This document shows, one piece after another, positions 12,407-25,813 of a DNA stretch of 64,000 nucleotides; within the stretch, counting starts at the first letter, position 1; every line of letters begins with the position of its first letter. Origin of the DNA: Entomortierella parvispora E1425 (lineage: Eukaryota; Fungi; Mortierellomycota); NCBI GenBank assembly GCA_020891255.1, contig BQFW01000014.1, positions 1,736,001-1,800,000 of the forward strand, written 5' to 3'. Below the pieces are notes generated by a model, which did not search any database, was not told the DNA's origin, and saw nothing but the letters and a program-made list of their open reading frames with translations. The translations under genes and the position numbers were made by a program.

Positions 12407-14628
12407 ATGTCACTCCGGCTCTCAACCCTTCGGCCCCTGGTGCGCCATCCAGCCCTCGGTTCCCGAGGCGGATTGTCCTTCTTTTCCACTTCGACTCCTC
12501 AACATACCCGCATCCGATCGACCTTGACCACCAGTCGTCCCAAACGCACTCAACCATCTGTCCAACATCCCAAACAAGAGGTTTTGCCACCAACCCAGCC
12601 CACCCCAGACGCCGCCTCCTCCACCCCAGTCAGTCGCATCACCCCACTTCGGCCTTCAGAGACTCAGACGCACGGCAGCAACGCTTTCAAGGGCGAGACA
12701 ACTCGGCATAGACAATCGAATCAGCATCATCAAAACCAAAAGGGTCAGAGTCAGGGCAGATTCAATCCTTGGCTGCATCACATCTACGAGTCCCGTCGTG
12801 CAGCCATTCGAGCCTTCTTCTTGGGCTCCATCGTTTCTGCGGGTGCCCTGGGTATCTACAACTACGCCTCTGGTCCGATCACTGGTCAGTGGGCACAGCT
12901 CCAGCAGGATTTCTTTTCTCTTGCAAAGGCATCCTTAACACAGTCCCTGGGCAACTCTTCGACGGACCCTACCGCCCCATTACCCGGTCTCAGCAACGGC
13001 GCACCTCGAGCCTTTTCTGGCGCACCTGCAGAGAAGCCATTGACAGTAGGACGGTTCGAAAAGAAGATCAGGATGTTATCGTCTGAACAAGTAGAGGAAC
13101 GCTTGGCTCAGAACCAGAGGTCCTACAGGATCGCACCGACCGCAGTCGCTGAACGCAAGGACAAATCAAAACAGGACCTCGTTCTTGGCTATTGCATCAA
13201 TCAGGTAGCATCCAATAACCCTGTGGAGGATGATCTCTCGGGCCATGTGGTCCGAGGTAAGGATGGATCAATTGAGAAGGTATTCTTTGGAATCTTTGAT
13301 GGCCATGGAGGATGGTGCTGTTCGCAAAAGGTCGCTCAGGAGCTGGCACCCACCGTGGCGACGGAGCTCGAGTCTGTCAAGGATCGCCATGATATTATGG
13401 CCACGATGGAGGCCATTGAGAACGGATTTTTGAAATTGGATGACAAGATTGTGAATCAGACTGTTCAAACCGTTCTTGAGTTTCCTTCGAGACCTTTGGC
13501 CTGTTCCAGTCTTTTGCCGGCCATTGCGGGATCTTGCGCACTGCTGGCCTATGTGGATACAAAGGAGAAGGACCTTTACGTGGCGTGCACAGGCGACAGT
13601 CGAGCCGTCATGGGAGTCTACGAGCCCTCTGCAAATGGTGGTCATAGATGGAAGGCTGTGCCTTTGTCGTTTGACCAAACGGGCAGGAACCGATGGGAGG
13701 TTCGCAGACTTCAGGAGGAGCACCCTGGTGAAGAGAACACTGTTGTTATGAGAGGTCGTGTTCTTGGTGGACTTGGTAAGTCTTGAGAATCGCTTTTGTG
13801 AGCTTTTCTTTTTCTTTTTCTTTTTTCTTATTACCTTGCTGTTGACTCGAGGACTTACGATCTGATTGCCTGTATAGAACCAACTCGTGCTTTTGGAGAT
13901 GCGCGGTACAAGTGGACCGCAGAGATTCAGGAACGCGTTTTCCAGCTCTTCCCGTCCTATCGCCAACCTCATCGCAACTTTCACACACCACCCTATGTCA
14001 CTGCCAAGCCAGTAGTCAAGCACCACAAGATTCGACCGGAGGACCGATTCTTGGTCATGGCCACGGACGGTCTCTGGGACAAATTGACCTCTGAGGAAGT
14101 TGTCCAGTTGGTGGGAGATTTGCTTGATGGAAAGAAGGGTGAGGAACAGGTTGTCCTGGACCGTGAAGAACTGGGCCTGATCAAGAGTAAAATTCAGAGT
14201 CTCAAGGGTGTCATCACGGGCAAGAAGGAGGACCAGAATGAGGAATCCGAGGAACTGACGCCTGCCAACTTGCCACGCAAGGGACCAGCGAGCCAAATTC
14301 GTCAGTTTACGTTCAAGGACACGACCAACGCCTCGACCCACTTGGTCCGCAATGCTCTTGGAGGCGGCAATGATGAGAAATTGGCGGCCACCCTTTCCAT
14401 CCCTGCTCCAATGAGCAGAGTCTACCGTGACGACATTACAGGTAAGCTTGATATATATAATTTTTGTGCCCGCAGAAACCTCAAAGGCGACTGGAATGGA
14501 ACCGTGTACTGACCCACTGCCTTCATTTTCTCTTTGAACTAGTTACGGTCATCTTTTTTGGCCAACAAGATACCAAGGAGGCGTTGTCTGGTGCCCAACA
14601 TAACGACGGCCTTGTAGATATTATCTAG
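12407..14628 (+). CDS. PTC5: PP2C-family phosphatase, mitochondrial pyruvate dehydrogenase phosphatase-like (2 introns)
   Basis: Arg/Ser-rich presequence, plus the motifs FGIFDGHGG, ACTGDSRAV, GRVLGGL|EPTRAFGD, MATDGLWD and RDDIT|VTVIFF. Confidence 0.88.
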
Positions 14629-14789
14629 AGAATTGTTCTTTTTTTTTTGTTTTTTGTCCTTTGTGCAAAATATATCCAAAGATGTTTGCTTTATCATCAA
14701 AAATCTGAATTGCTTTTTTGCTATGATTTGAAAGTTTGGTCCGCGACTCCCATCCAGGTTGGATGGCCTCTTCTTTTTTTTTTTTTTCA

Positions 14790-15776
14790 TCACGCAGTAG
14801 GATAAAGGCGCCGATTGATATCAAACTCCCGGACCCAGCCTCCACCGCGTTCAATGGTCTCTCCTTCATCCAAGGTGTCCAACATGTCATCGATGGTTTG
14901 CCAGAGAGAATTCGGGGGTCGCTTCCCGACTTCCAGGGCCACGTACTCGGTTTTGGCCTTCTCCCCATCCTTTTTGCTTCGCTCATACAGCATCGTCACC
15001 CATCGTTTCAACGACGTGAATTTGGCGTCCGCCGTGGGAGTGGTCCTGGCCAATGCAGAATAGCCCGTGTTCTTGAAGTACCAGTCCATCTCGTGCATGA
15101 TGTCCGCCAACGCTAGCACGTCCATCTTGACGCCACCGCTGAGGTATTGTTCACAGAGACGGGAATCTCCTCGAAGCACAAGACCTCTTTCCTTCAAAAG
15201 CGCCTTGAGAACGGTGCTTCGTCCCTCTCGAGTCTTGATGGAAGGCAGGGGTTTGGGGAGCTCCTCCTCTTTCAAAGGCAAAGGCGCCTTGTGAACGGCA
15301 TCTTGTCCCTCTGGAGCATCGGTGGAAGGCAGGGTTTTGGAGGGTTCTCCCTCCTTCAAAGGCGCCTTGGGAACGGCACCTTGTCCCCCTGGAGTATCGG
15401 TGGAAGGCAGAGGTTTTGGGGGTTCCAAGGCAGTCTTGGGGTTGCGCTTTCGTTTGACAGCTTTCTTCTCCGTTGCCATCTTTGGGGGGTTTGCTTGCAC
15501 CTCTTCTTCTTTTGTTTTCGCCTCCACTTTCTCCTCCTCTTCTTTTTCTTCTTTTTTGACGTCGTCATCCGAGCCAAGAGGAGAAACGATCTTGTCCAGT
15601 CGAATCTTCCTATAGGAGAGGTCAACGACAAGAACACAAAACATGGGGATTTTTTTTTTTATTAGGAAAAACGCCTTGTTTGCTTTGTTGCAACCACCGT
15701 TCCCTGTTTGATTGGGATACCACGGCGATGAAAAGCAAACCACCAACAAGACGACACGTTACTTTGAGCGAGGCAT
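14790..15776 (-). CDS. Hypothetical protein with three ~24-26 aa repeats and a C-terminal RGLVLRGDSRLC..Y motif
   Basis: Short exon MPRSK (15776), GTAACG...TAG intron, then in frame into ORF 14790-15749. Confidence 0.65.
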
Positions 15777-15983
15777 AGCGTTGAGAAACAAGGGTACAAG
15801 ACGGTACGATGGAAGGGACAGGAAGGAACAATAAAGGGTGTATGTAGGAAGGAACGAAGGAGAGATGAAGAAAGCTTGCTTCTTTGTGAGAAAAGGAAAC
15901 AAAAGGGCTTTGACCCATTACAGCATCACGTGCAGTATCATGGCAGTGGGCCAAAGCATTTTATTAAGCTACATTGTTCATGT

Positions 15984-18900
15984 TCAGACACACTTCCAAG
16001 AAGCAATCACGACTCCTCCGGTACCCTCGCGTGCCACCCGGCCCTTGCCGCCGTCATCCATGCGCACACATTCCCAGATGCCGCGCTCCTTGACCTCCAC
16101 CTGCGCCTCATGGCACTGTCGGACAGGATCATACACCAACTTGTAAAGTCGATTCGTCTGTGTCCTCAACACCAGTCGCTCTGGTCGAGGCACCGCAAAT
16201 GTGGATCCCAAAGTGCCGCCATAGCTGTTGGAGGAACAACTCACGTCGACCTGACTGAGAATAGAATTGGTGCTGTTGCTGGCCGCTACGGCATGCTGAC
16301 CACGCGAGACGCTGAGCGATGAAGTCGATGCCATCGAAACTGAAGAGTTCATCTTTTGATGGTGCTGCAGAGGGGGGCGCGTTGAGGCCGATTGGGCGTA
16401 CGGGTTGTTTCGATTCAAGGTGCTGCTGGTGCTAGACATGGTCATAGGGGGTGGAGGTGGGGTGCCTGAATTGCCGCCACGCGCATGGTAAAGGTTGTTG
16501 TTGTACAAGGGGGCCATCGACACAGTTCCTACCATCCCGATACCAGCCAAGGCAGAATGAGCCGTTGTGGCTGTCACCGCAAAGGTTGCTGTCGTGGCTG
16601 AGGCCAAGGCCGTGTTTGTAATAATACCGTCGTTATCGGCCATGGCAACAGAAACCGCTGTTGCAGATGCGGCGGCAGCCTGGGCTTGTGCAGCCAAGGA
16701 GAGGACACTGAACTTGTAAGTGTGTGGGTAGTACAGCAGTTCCGACTGTGGTGCCTTGATATAAAACTCGTATGGTGAGAAATGAGGAAGCACAAAATTA
16801 AACGGCGTCTTGGGCATGGTGCCTGTGTGCTGGATCGGAAGGGTAAGTGCCAACGAGTAAGGTGTGGCATCGCTTGGGGCCTAGACAAAAAAAAAAGAAT
16901 TACTTTGTCAGGTTGGGAAAAAAACAGCTAGGTGGCAAGCCGGCAACGTGGTTGAACTATGTAGAACTTACATTTTCAACCTTGCGTCCAGCATAGATAT
17001 GCACGACACCCTTGCGGACACCATTTGGACCTTCAACAGTCTCGGGCGGGAGGACAGCCTTAATCTTGGCCACTTTAACACCAGAGCAGTGGTGAGACTG
17101 CATGCCGACTGACAATCCTTGCTGTCCTCTCCCTCCTGTTGCATATCCCCCGATAAGTGTTGCAGTTTTAGAGGGTCCTGACACTGGCATGACCAATGTG
17201 CTACCGTTGTTGAGATGCGGCTGCAATTGTAATTGATGATACGGGTTCCAGATCATAACTTGGGCCAACGCTCGCTTCCGGATCACCTTTCCTTCTAAAG
17301 ACATGGCCTCGACTTCAGCTCGAAGCTCTACCCCTTCGCCACATCCAAGGCCAAGACACTCGCCTCCATAAGTTCCATGCATGCCGCTGCCTGTCCTTGT
17401 ACAGGCTGCAGATCCACCAGTGTTGCCGCCCATCCCGTTACCACCAGGAACGCCATCTCCCGGCACACCTTGAGGTCCAAATCGTCCAGAACTTGGTCCG
17501 CCACCACAGCCGTCAATCCGGATCACGATTTCGACATTTTCGTCATCCTTGATGTCCAAACGCGACCTTCTCTTAAAGTCGACCAGATTCATCCCCAATT
17601 CAAAGAAGGCGGGCCTCACGAATGGCATCTTCAAAAATATCTGTGGCGGGATCGACGGTGTGACATACTGGTAGGTCAAAAAGGTTGGGAAATGAGACAT
17701 GACCAAGTCCATGGGGGATGTCAGGAAATAAAACGAAGCTGCTTGCTGAGGTCGATTCGGGTAATGGGCAGGATGAAATGGCGAGGCAAGGCAGCAATCA
17801 ATAAAGCGGTACTGTCCATCGATTCGAACGACATTCCAGGCGTGATTCGCTGGAGCGATCTCTTTTGAAAAGACGTCCATCGGTCCTTTGATAAATCCTT
17901 TGACGACGCCAATGTCCTCAATACCTGCTGCAAGAGCCATCTCTGCAAACAAGTTTGCGAACCCTTCTCCGGTCTTGCTGGTCCTTGTGGTCAATACCTC
18001 CTGCGCCAGTTCAGGAGCATCATCCTGTAAAAATCCTCGGGCAAACTCTTCCATGCCTGTGGTGAAAGCAGGGTCAGAGTACTGAATGGGCGATCCCACT
18101 GCCGTCGAGGCCATTGTGGGTGCCAAGATGGAAGAACCGGTGCCAGAGGAGCGATGCATGTTGGGAGATCCAAGGCCGGCGGCTACAGCAGCAGCAGAGA
18201 GAGCTGACATATGGTCACCAGCAGGACCTAGCTTGTATCGACCGCCAGAAACATCACGGACGGGCCCACCTTCCAATCGAATGTTTTCACTGACCCAGAC
18301 AAAGAGTACACGAAGTTTCGACAGTGGAGATTTAGAGTATGGCCGTGTCAGGTACTTTTGAGAGAGCAGCTGGGGTGTCATGTGTGGGCTCCGTTGGTTC
18401 ACGTTCCGGGCTACCTTGTCCACCTGGGCAAACATGTTGGGTCCAATATCCAACGACGTGATGCTGGCTCCTGATGTGGCTACAACTCCTGGATCTTTGA
18501 TGACTTGACATTGGTGTAAAGCGAAAAAGGGGTCCGTATCCTGAACTGGACTTTCGACGTTCGAGCTTTCCATGGTAGGAGCTGTTGCACCGTTCAAAAA
18601 TGGTGCTCGCTCCTTCCCAGGCTCTGGAGAGTTGACTCTCTTTAGACTCTTTTGCATCTCGATCCAGGCAAAGTGCTCATTCTTGTTCTTGATTGCATCC
18701 TTCTCAGCAACCTTGCGAGGGTTAATGATCTGCTTGAAAGCCCTGATCAAGGTAGCCTTGGGCTTTTTGGCAGTGTATGTTCCTAGCTGTGAAATATCTT
18801 CGTCTTGTCCGCTTTCGTTTCCTCGATCATGTTTTTGATCTGCTTCTTCGCCTGCCATCTGGAGTGACGATATGTTGGCCATGGTCACTGAGCCTTCCCG

Positions 18901-21354
18901 TGCCAGCCGGTTACGATTTGGCAATTGGGATGCACTTTCAGCGCGTAGATTAGATAGGGCTCCTCGAGCATCAACTGAGAACTTGCGCACGGCGAAATTA
19001 GCCATAGTCATTGATGTGCTGATGGGCATGCGAGCTGTTTTGCTCTTTTGTCGGAAGTCGCCTCTTGGCGGCTGGTACTGAGAGTAAGAGGCCGAAGTAG
19101 CGGACATAGTGGTGCCGGCGCTGGTGGGAGTTTCTCCTTTTGGAGTACCAGTTGTTGGGGCAGGCGATGTAAGTCCCGAGCTATTTGCTTCACTATCCGT
19201 TGGAGATGAAACGAACGACTGTCCAAAAGCTGCGTGCGACGATTGTGGGCGAGTCTTTGTCGGTTGAGGGATGACGATGCTGCCTGGACTTGGAACTCTG
19301 CTCCCCTTGGGTTGCATCCGGCCTAGAGGTGCTGTGTGATGCCCCGCCTTACGTCTTTGCAGTTGTTGCTCCTGTTGAGTTTGCTGGTCAAAACTCTTAC
19401 TCCTCTCTGATCGCAAATTAACTTGACTCAAGCTGCGGCCATGACCGGCCGCACCAGCTTCAGCAGGATGTTGATAAAGGGAACTCTGACGATCTTGGGT
19501 CCCAGCCATTCCAAGTGAACCCTGTGATCTGTTGTGCTTTGCCAGATTCTCCAGCGAAAGTTCCGACCGACGGACCGATGATCCTGTACAGCCATCACTG
19601 TAAAGTTCTTGGAGCTGGTGCAGATGCAATTGATGTAAACGGTCATCCACAGCAGACTGTGGCTGGACACCAAAACTGGCAATACTATGTCGATAACGAG
19701 GATCGTATTGCTCTTGTTGAGCGCCATTAGGGTACGGTCCTGATTGCTGCTGTTGATGCTCTTGATGCTGTTGATGGTGCATTTGCACGGGCATGAACTG
19801 CTGGGAGTAGTAATTGGTGGGTACCGTTGATCGAGGCATTATTCCGGGCAGCTGAGGATCTTCGGCATGCGACAGGTTCCGACCGCCTGTCATATCGTCA
19901 TCGCTCATGTCCAGCTGCTGCTTCTGTGGTGGTGGGATTTCGCCAACCAAGTTCGGCATTGAATATCGGTTCCCGACTTGATGGCCTCCAACATTCTGAG
20001 TTGGTGACAGTACATTGTTGTTAACTTTGTTCCTCACGCCTGGACGAGAGGGATTCATCGTGCTTGTAGATTCAACAGCAGAGCTCCTTCGTTTATCTGC
20101 ATAGTGGGGATTGTACATGGCCTCGTTTGAAACCAGGACTGACACTTTGGTGGAAGCTGTCGGGGATGCTTCTACACCTGGAAAAGAACCAGTCATGATG
20201 CTGGTGCTATCACTTTTCTTCAGAACTTCCTCTTTGGAGCTAGGAGAGGCTGGGGCATCTGGCGTACTTTCCTGATTCAACGAAGGTGGTTTATCCACAC
20301 TCTGGCCGAACAAGCTTCGACCTGATGCAGGCGATCCCAATAGCTGACTGATATGTGAAGTCAGTTGGCCGAATCTACTTTGCGCTGCAGCTCCAGACGG
20401 TTGAGTCGTGTCAGAGTTGTGTTGCTCGTTTGGTACAGGCTGCGCCAGAATAGCCTCCTTGCCGCCCGGTGCAGTGGAAGGTGAGGAAGGCGAAAGCGTA
20501 TCCTGAAGATCTGTCATATCTCCGATAATTGCCTGCGGGTTTTTTCGTTGTTGAGCTATAAAAATTGAAATCGAATCCAAAATGTAAGGCGGCGACTCTG
20601 AAGTGAAGGTCCATGGGTGCGGTGTGCGTTGAGTTCGAATGGCATAGAACATTCAACGTTCACTTTGCACCTACCTGCTGCCGGGGGTACGTTAATGTTG
20701 CCATTGCTGCTCAGCGATGAGGCGACAGGTTTGCGCTTTGTAAACTTTGAGCTGTCGACAGACGATTGTCGCGAGTGAGGTCGCGATTGTTGTTGTTGCA
20801 AATGTGGCTGAGGGGGCCTTGCCGACGGGATGATGTTTTGTGGGGATTCGTTACTATCGAATGAAAACAGGTAGATCAGTCTCCTGTCTGTATAGAATGA
20901 ATATGTTTTTTGGGGCAATGACAGCCTCCTTACACAATCTCGACAAAGTTGGAGGGGAAACTGCCATAAGTCTGACTCGAGAGCAAGGTTCCCTTCCACC
21001 ATCCACCCTCTACGATGAATAAGAGATTCGAAATAAAGAAGATGCGAGTTGATCAGTCGATATGCTGAGATTGTCCAGTTGGTTGAGACTGGCCTGTTAT
21101 AATGCAGGGTCTAATATGCAGCGGCTCACTCCTTGCGCATGCAAGTCTGTTTACCATTGTCGTGCACCTTGATGATGTCGCCTGTGTAGCAGGAGGTCAA
21201 AGAGCTGTTAGCCATCGGCCATCTCTGGTTGGTTGCACAAGCCAACTGACGCGTTTGTGATACCTTTATTCAAATTCAGGTCGCCATCCTCTTTGGCTAG
21301 GAACGCGTAGACGACTCGGACCGTGCAGAGGACAGGAAGGCCGTGGTTCTGCAT
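15984..21354 (-). CDS. CYK3: SH3 plus transglutaminase-like domain protein (Cyk3-like cytokinesis protein)
   Basis: Split SH3 domain (VRVVYAFLAKEDGDLNLNKG|DIIKV..|GGWWEG..GSFPSNFVE). Transglutaminase-like core EGFANLFAEM..HAWNVV..FIDCC, with the catalytic Cys position replaced. ORF 15984-16853 joins as the last exon through a GTAAGT...CTAG intron. Confidence 0.8.
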
Positions 21355-22461
21355 AAAAAGGGGGGGGGGGGGTATGGTGGTTGTGTTTGCGTTGTTCGAA
21401 GAGCGGTGTGTGGGGCGGCACGGGTTAAAATGCTGAAAGGAAGGGTATGCAGTCAGCTCTATAGAGGCGCGTGGAATTTGAGAATGGCGTGAGCGAGGGG
21501 CCAGGACAAAGGGGGAATGAACGGATGAATGTTTCAATGCAGAGATGAAGAGAGTAAATGAGTCAAGTGATGGAAATGAAGAGAACAAGAGGCGAAAAAA
21601 AGACATAAAGACATGAGAAGAAAAGAAAAAAAGGCCCATGCCCATTCCTTTGCCTCTTTCATTCTTCTCATCCACATCTCGAATCCACACCTGCCATGCA
21701 TGAACAATAAAAAAAAAAAAAAAAAAAGTCTCCGACTCGAGACCTCGACACTCGACATGGCTCTTTGTGCAGCACGCCTTCCTTTCCTCTCACTTCCCTC
21801 TCTTCATTCCTCCATGCGTAAGCAACCATGCCTCCCATTCGTTCACCATGCAGCCATGGATCATGCCCCATGTTACCCATGCCACTCGCTCCCCCATTCT
21901 CTTTGCAATAAAACAGAGTGCCTGTTCTCGTTCGTCCCAACATGCGTACTATCTGTATCTGGTCTGGTCTCGCTATCGATGTGCTGGGCGCTGGATTTAT
22001 TCTTCCCTCTGGCCTCTCTTTCCCTTTCCCCTCATATTCCTCCTCATCCCCCCCTCCCCATTCCCACCTGGTCTGATCCGGCCCGCAGCCTCCGTCTGCG
22101 CTTTTCCGATAACTGCTGTCCAATATCTGATATTGTCATCGATTACACAGTATACCCTTTCTCTCTCTCTCCAGTGTGACTATCGCGCGAATCTCGAGCG
22201 CAAGAAAAATATCTGTCATTGGTGCCAGCGTACGCGTTTGCGCTGAAGCTGCGCCCAAAACCCCATATCCAACACGTGACCATGGCCTGATGCCCAACGG
22301 GTCCCCATTGCAACAAAAAAAAAGGAGGGCTCAACGATGGGAAATGAACGGCTTTTGAATTTGAAAAAGAGCAGACAAGCTGCGAAAACCAGGATTAAGC
22401 GGGTAAGGATTAGAGGGGATGTGGGTGAGTGGGTATCTAAGCTGCATGGTGGTGGACGCAA

Positions 22462-23217
22462 TTACGACTGGTTGCTTGTCCGGGCCTTCCACTGGGACAA
22501 AATGTTTTGGAACCGAGACTTGAACCGGGGGTCAGCAACGGGGCGCATCGAGTCGTAGGTGCCGGTCGAGTAACGCTGATTGCTGATGACGATCTCTTTT
22601 GAATTGAAGAAACTGCTTTTTCGGCGCAGATCCTGACGACTCGAGACTCGACTCAATGCGGGCGAAGGGGCGGGTGAAGGAGAAGGCGAGGGAGAGCTGC
22701 AAGAGTAGGCGGGGGAGAAAGATCTCGGCGGGAGAGTATCCTCTCCCTTCTCAGTCATATGTTCGTCAGTGGGCGCTTGCTCCGATGGCGACGGGAGGAT
22801 GGGTTCTGTCTTTGTTTGTGTGTCAGCGGCAAGAACGGGAAGAATATCTTCGACAGCTTCCTGTGCGACCACGGCAAAAATCTCGCCGCTGGCTGAAGAG
22901 ACTGCGGCCTCGAGGAGGTTGGTAGTGGGCGACAGCGGCTCTGATTCCGGCTTGGGTTCGTTCTGGTCACTCTCGAGAGCAGACTCTTTGGAGGATTCTT
23001 CTTCTACTTCTGTTTGATCGCTGAATGTGGAGTCTTGGTTCGCGGCGTTGGTGTCTGTGCAGTCATCATCTCGCTTGTGTTCGGGTTGTTGATCGAAAGT
23101 AGACAATGATTTGGTTAGGACGTTAGCCTTTTGAATCATAGGCGATTCGGTTGCCATGGCGAGAGTAGACGATGACGGGTGTTCAGTGTCGATTGTGTTA
23201 TCAATGGCTTGAGTCAT
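22462..23217 (-). CDS. Hypothetical acidic/Ser-rich protein with short C-terminal motif ADPRFKSRFQNILSQWKAR
   Basis: Open ORF of about 250 aa with coding-like composition; no recognised domain. Confidence 0.55.
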   Translation of the reverse strand: MTQAIDNTIDTEHPSSSTLAMATESPMIQKANVLTKSLSTFDQQPEHKRDDDCTDTNAANQDSTFSDQTEVEEESSKESALESDQNEPKPESEPLSPTTNLLEAAVSSASGEIFAVVAQEAVEDILPVLAADTQTKTEPILPSPSEQAPTDEHMTEKGEDTLPPRSFSPAYSCSSPSPSPSPAPSPALSRVSSRQDLRRKSSFFNSKEIVISNQRYSTGTYDSMRPVADPRFKSRFQNILSQWKARTSNQS

Positions 23218-23853
23218 GGCTTGGGGTTTTGGGGGGAGGGGCAAGGTTACAAAGTATGGTGAGAGAGAAAGAGAAAGAGAAAGTGAGTGATTTTGGGGCA
23301 GAAAGACAAAAAGAGTAAAAAAAGAAAAGAGTGAGCGCCATGGTATTTATATCCCTGTTGCGTAGCTGGTATGCGTGGCATTGCTGGAGGGCAGTATCGT
23401 CTTGATCCCTCTCCTCTGCTGTGTTTACACGTGTAGGTGCAGGGGATCGAGCGAGTCCACTCAACTATTCGCGTTTTTAGTACTTCCTTGAGGGTATGCT
23501 GCGACAGCAAGAGAGATGGGCAGACAAACAGACCGACAGAAACGAAAGAACCCTTGACAAGGACATTCCACTCCCTATTCATCTTGCTATGTCTCTCTCT
23601 CTCCTCTCTTTGTGTCCAAATGAAACGAATCTCTCTTTCTCTCTCTCTCTCCCTCTTGCTCGCTCGCTCGTGAAGAGAGGCAAGGCGACGACAGAGGCGA
23701 GAGTTGTTTCCTCACTCTCGCCTCTTCGCCCCTTTTTCACCCTCCAACCTTCTCCTTTTAAGACCTTCCCAACAGCCAACCGCTTCGCAGTCACATAAGC
23801 TCTTTTTCTTTGTCCCACTTCATTCCTTCCCTAATCTACCATGTTGACGCTAC

Positions 23854-25515
23854 ATGTACAATACTCCACATCTACTCCTCACTTTTTGTCGTGTTGCATC
23901 CCCCGCTGTCCCCATGGTCTCCTTTTCCCTGGTCCATCTTCGTGTCCTAAGGAGTCGACTACAGCTCCTCACCGTTTCAGCTCAAGTCTCCTCTCCTCAT
24001 TCCTGTCCCCGGATCCATCGTCTGTCCAGTGATGGTCGATCGTCCACTCTCTCCCCTTCTTTTTGTCGGCGCCTCTCTAGTAGCGCTCGCGCCAGCCAGG
24101 GGTCTTCACCTTCCTCTCCCGAAACAAGCGCTCCAGTACCACCGCTTGAAGGAACCCGTCGGATAGCAGGACCCGCTGTGGAGGCTCGAAGAATCGCGAG
24201 GACAACCTATGGAGGTCGAGTCGAGACCCCAAAAATCTCAAAATATAGAGTCGATTGCAACTCACCAAAGGTCATCAAGCGGAAGAAGAAACCTGCGGCG
24301 GTTCAGGAAGCAGGGAACCCCCCGGGATCTGCGCCTGACTCTGCATCTGCATCTGGCCCTGAAGATGAGCCTGCTCCTGCAGTAAAACCGACCAGAAACC
24401 CCTCCAAGACGGAGATTCTGCGTGCAAGGGAAATAAAAGCGGCGGAAAAGGCAGCAGAAAAGGCGGCAAAGGCGGCGGCAAAGGCTGCAGAAAAGGAAGC
24501 AGAAAAAGCTGCAGAAATGGCGGCAGAAATGATGGCAGCAGCAGAGTCAAGGAAGTCCCTTACCCGTACACCATCCAAGGCTACAGAGACCCTTACAAAA
24601 AAATCGACAATGAGACTGTCAGGACCACATCCCTCAGGAATGCAAAGTTCAGCGCCGTCAACTCCACCCGCTGCGACTGTTCGAAAAAATAGTTTGGCAG
24701 GATTGCCTCGACCACCGTCCTTTACAGAGCCACCTGCAGAGATTGGATTAGACGCGTTAATGGCAACCCTGACTAATGTCCCGAAAGAATCAGCCCCAAC
24801 CACAGCAAGTCGAGTGTTTGAGAGAGAAAAGGCCAATTGGCCTTCTCAGCCGCCACCAAAGGTGGGCCGCACAGTGTACAGAACGATCTTGGATTGGAGC
24901 ATCCACCCCACCGTACAACCTGGAGACTTTGGCTCTGAGCAACTCACTTCTCCATCGTCGTCCTCTTTCCGGTCGCTGGAGACCCCCAGAAGGAAGCCTT
25001 CACTTGCTGTATCCAGTTTTGTACAGTCAATTACAAACACCGAGATCTCACCGACCAAAAATACCAGCTCGACAACGCCAACCAAAGCCGACAGTGGCTT
25101 CACAGCAGCAGGAACAAGGAGTACAAGACGGATAGGCTTTGGTGCCTTGGATGAGGCTGAAGAGTTGGAACGCAAAGGCAGCACCAACTCCAAGTCAAAT
25201 TCTGGCAGATCTAATTCCAGGTCCAGCCCCAAGTTCGACTCTAAGTTTGACTCCAAGTTTGACGTTAGGCCAAACTCCAGATGTAATTCCAACATAGACA
25301 GGCCCCGCAGCCAAGAGCCAAGAGATCTTCCTCGCGCAACGAACAGTAAGCGACACCAGGAGACCGAACACGAAGTAGATTCACCAAAGCTAGAGAGCGC
25401 TGCTTCCAAGAGGACTACAAGACCTCGTAGGGTTGGCTTTGACAGTCTTGAAGAGGACAGCAAGGCGCCACCTAAGAGCACAATCAGGAAAAGCAACAAT
25501 AGATTCTTATTCTGA
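23854..25515 (+). CDS. Hypothetical low-complexity protein (AAEK repeats, Ser/Pro-rich); start uncertain
   Basis: 553-aa ORF; no recognisable domain. Confidence 0.55.
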   Translation: MYNTPHLLLTFCRVASPAVPMVSFSLVHLRVLRSRLQLLTVSAQVSSPHSCPRIHRLSSDGRSSTLSPSFCRRLSSSARASQGSSPSSPETSAPVPPLEGTRRIAGPAVEARRIARTTYGGRVETPKISKYRVDCNSPKVIKRKKKPAAVQEAGNPPGSAPDSASASGPEDEPAPAVKPTRNPSKTEILRAREIKAAEKAAEKAAKAAAKAAEKEAEKAAEMAAEMMAAAESRKSLTRTPSKATETLTKKSTMRLSGPHPSGMQSSAPSTPPAATVRKNSLAGLPRPPSFTEPPAEIGLDALMATLTNVPKESAPTTASRVFEREKANWPSQPPPKVGRTVYRTILDWSIHPTVQPGDFGSEQLTSPSSSSFRSLETPRRKPSLAVSSFVQSITNTEISPTKNTSSTTPTKADSGFTAAGTRSTRRIGFGALDEAEELERKGSTNSKSNSGRSNSRSSPKFDSKFDSKFDVRPNSRCNSNIDRPRSQEPRDLPRATNSKRHQETEHEVDSPKLESAASKRTTRPRRVGFDSLEEDSKAPPKSTIRKSNNRFLF

Positions 25516-25813
25516 AATACCAATAGACAGAACGCAAATAATAAAACGATTTGTCCAAACCCAAGTCGCGTCAACCGTCCACACTTATGTTACATTGCCA
25601 ATGTTCACAGCCTGCTATCCCCACTGCAAAAAACCCTTCTTCTGTTGATTTGGCTCTTCTCTCACAACTATTATTGAGAAAACAGGAACACGATGCTCTA
25701 AGATGGCAAACTAGATGGCAAACTAGATTATGGAGATGGTGGGGTTGAATATAAAAGGACGTGCTCCCTTTTTGGAGGGTCACACTACTGTATACAAAAC
25801 AAATGAAAACAGC

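Noticed and set aside
13268-14341. 357-aa antisense ORF
   Set aside because: Antisense to the PP2C gene, and it runs through an intron poly(T) tract.
15984-16853. Apparent stand-alone 289-aa gene
   Set aside because: It splices in frame as the last exon of the Cyk3-like gene.
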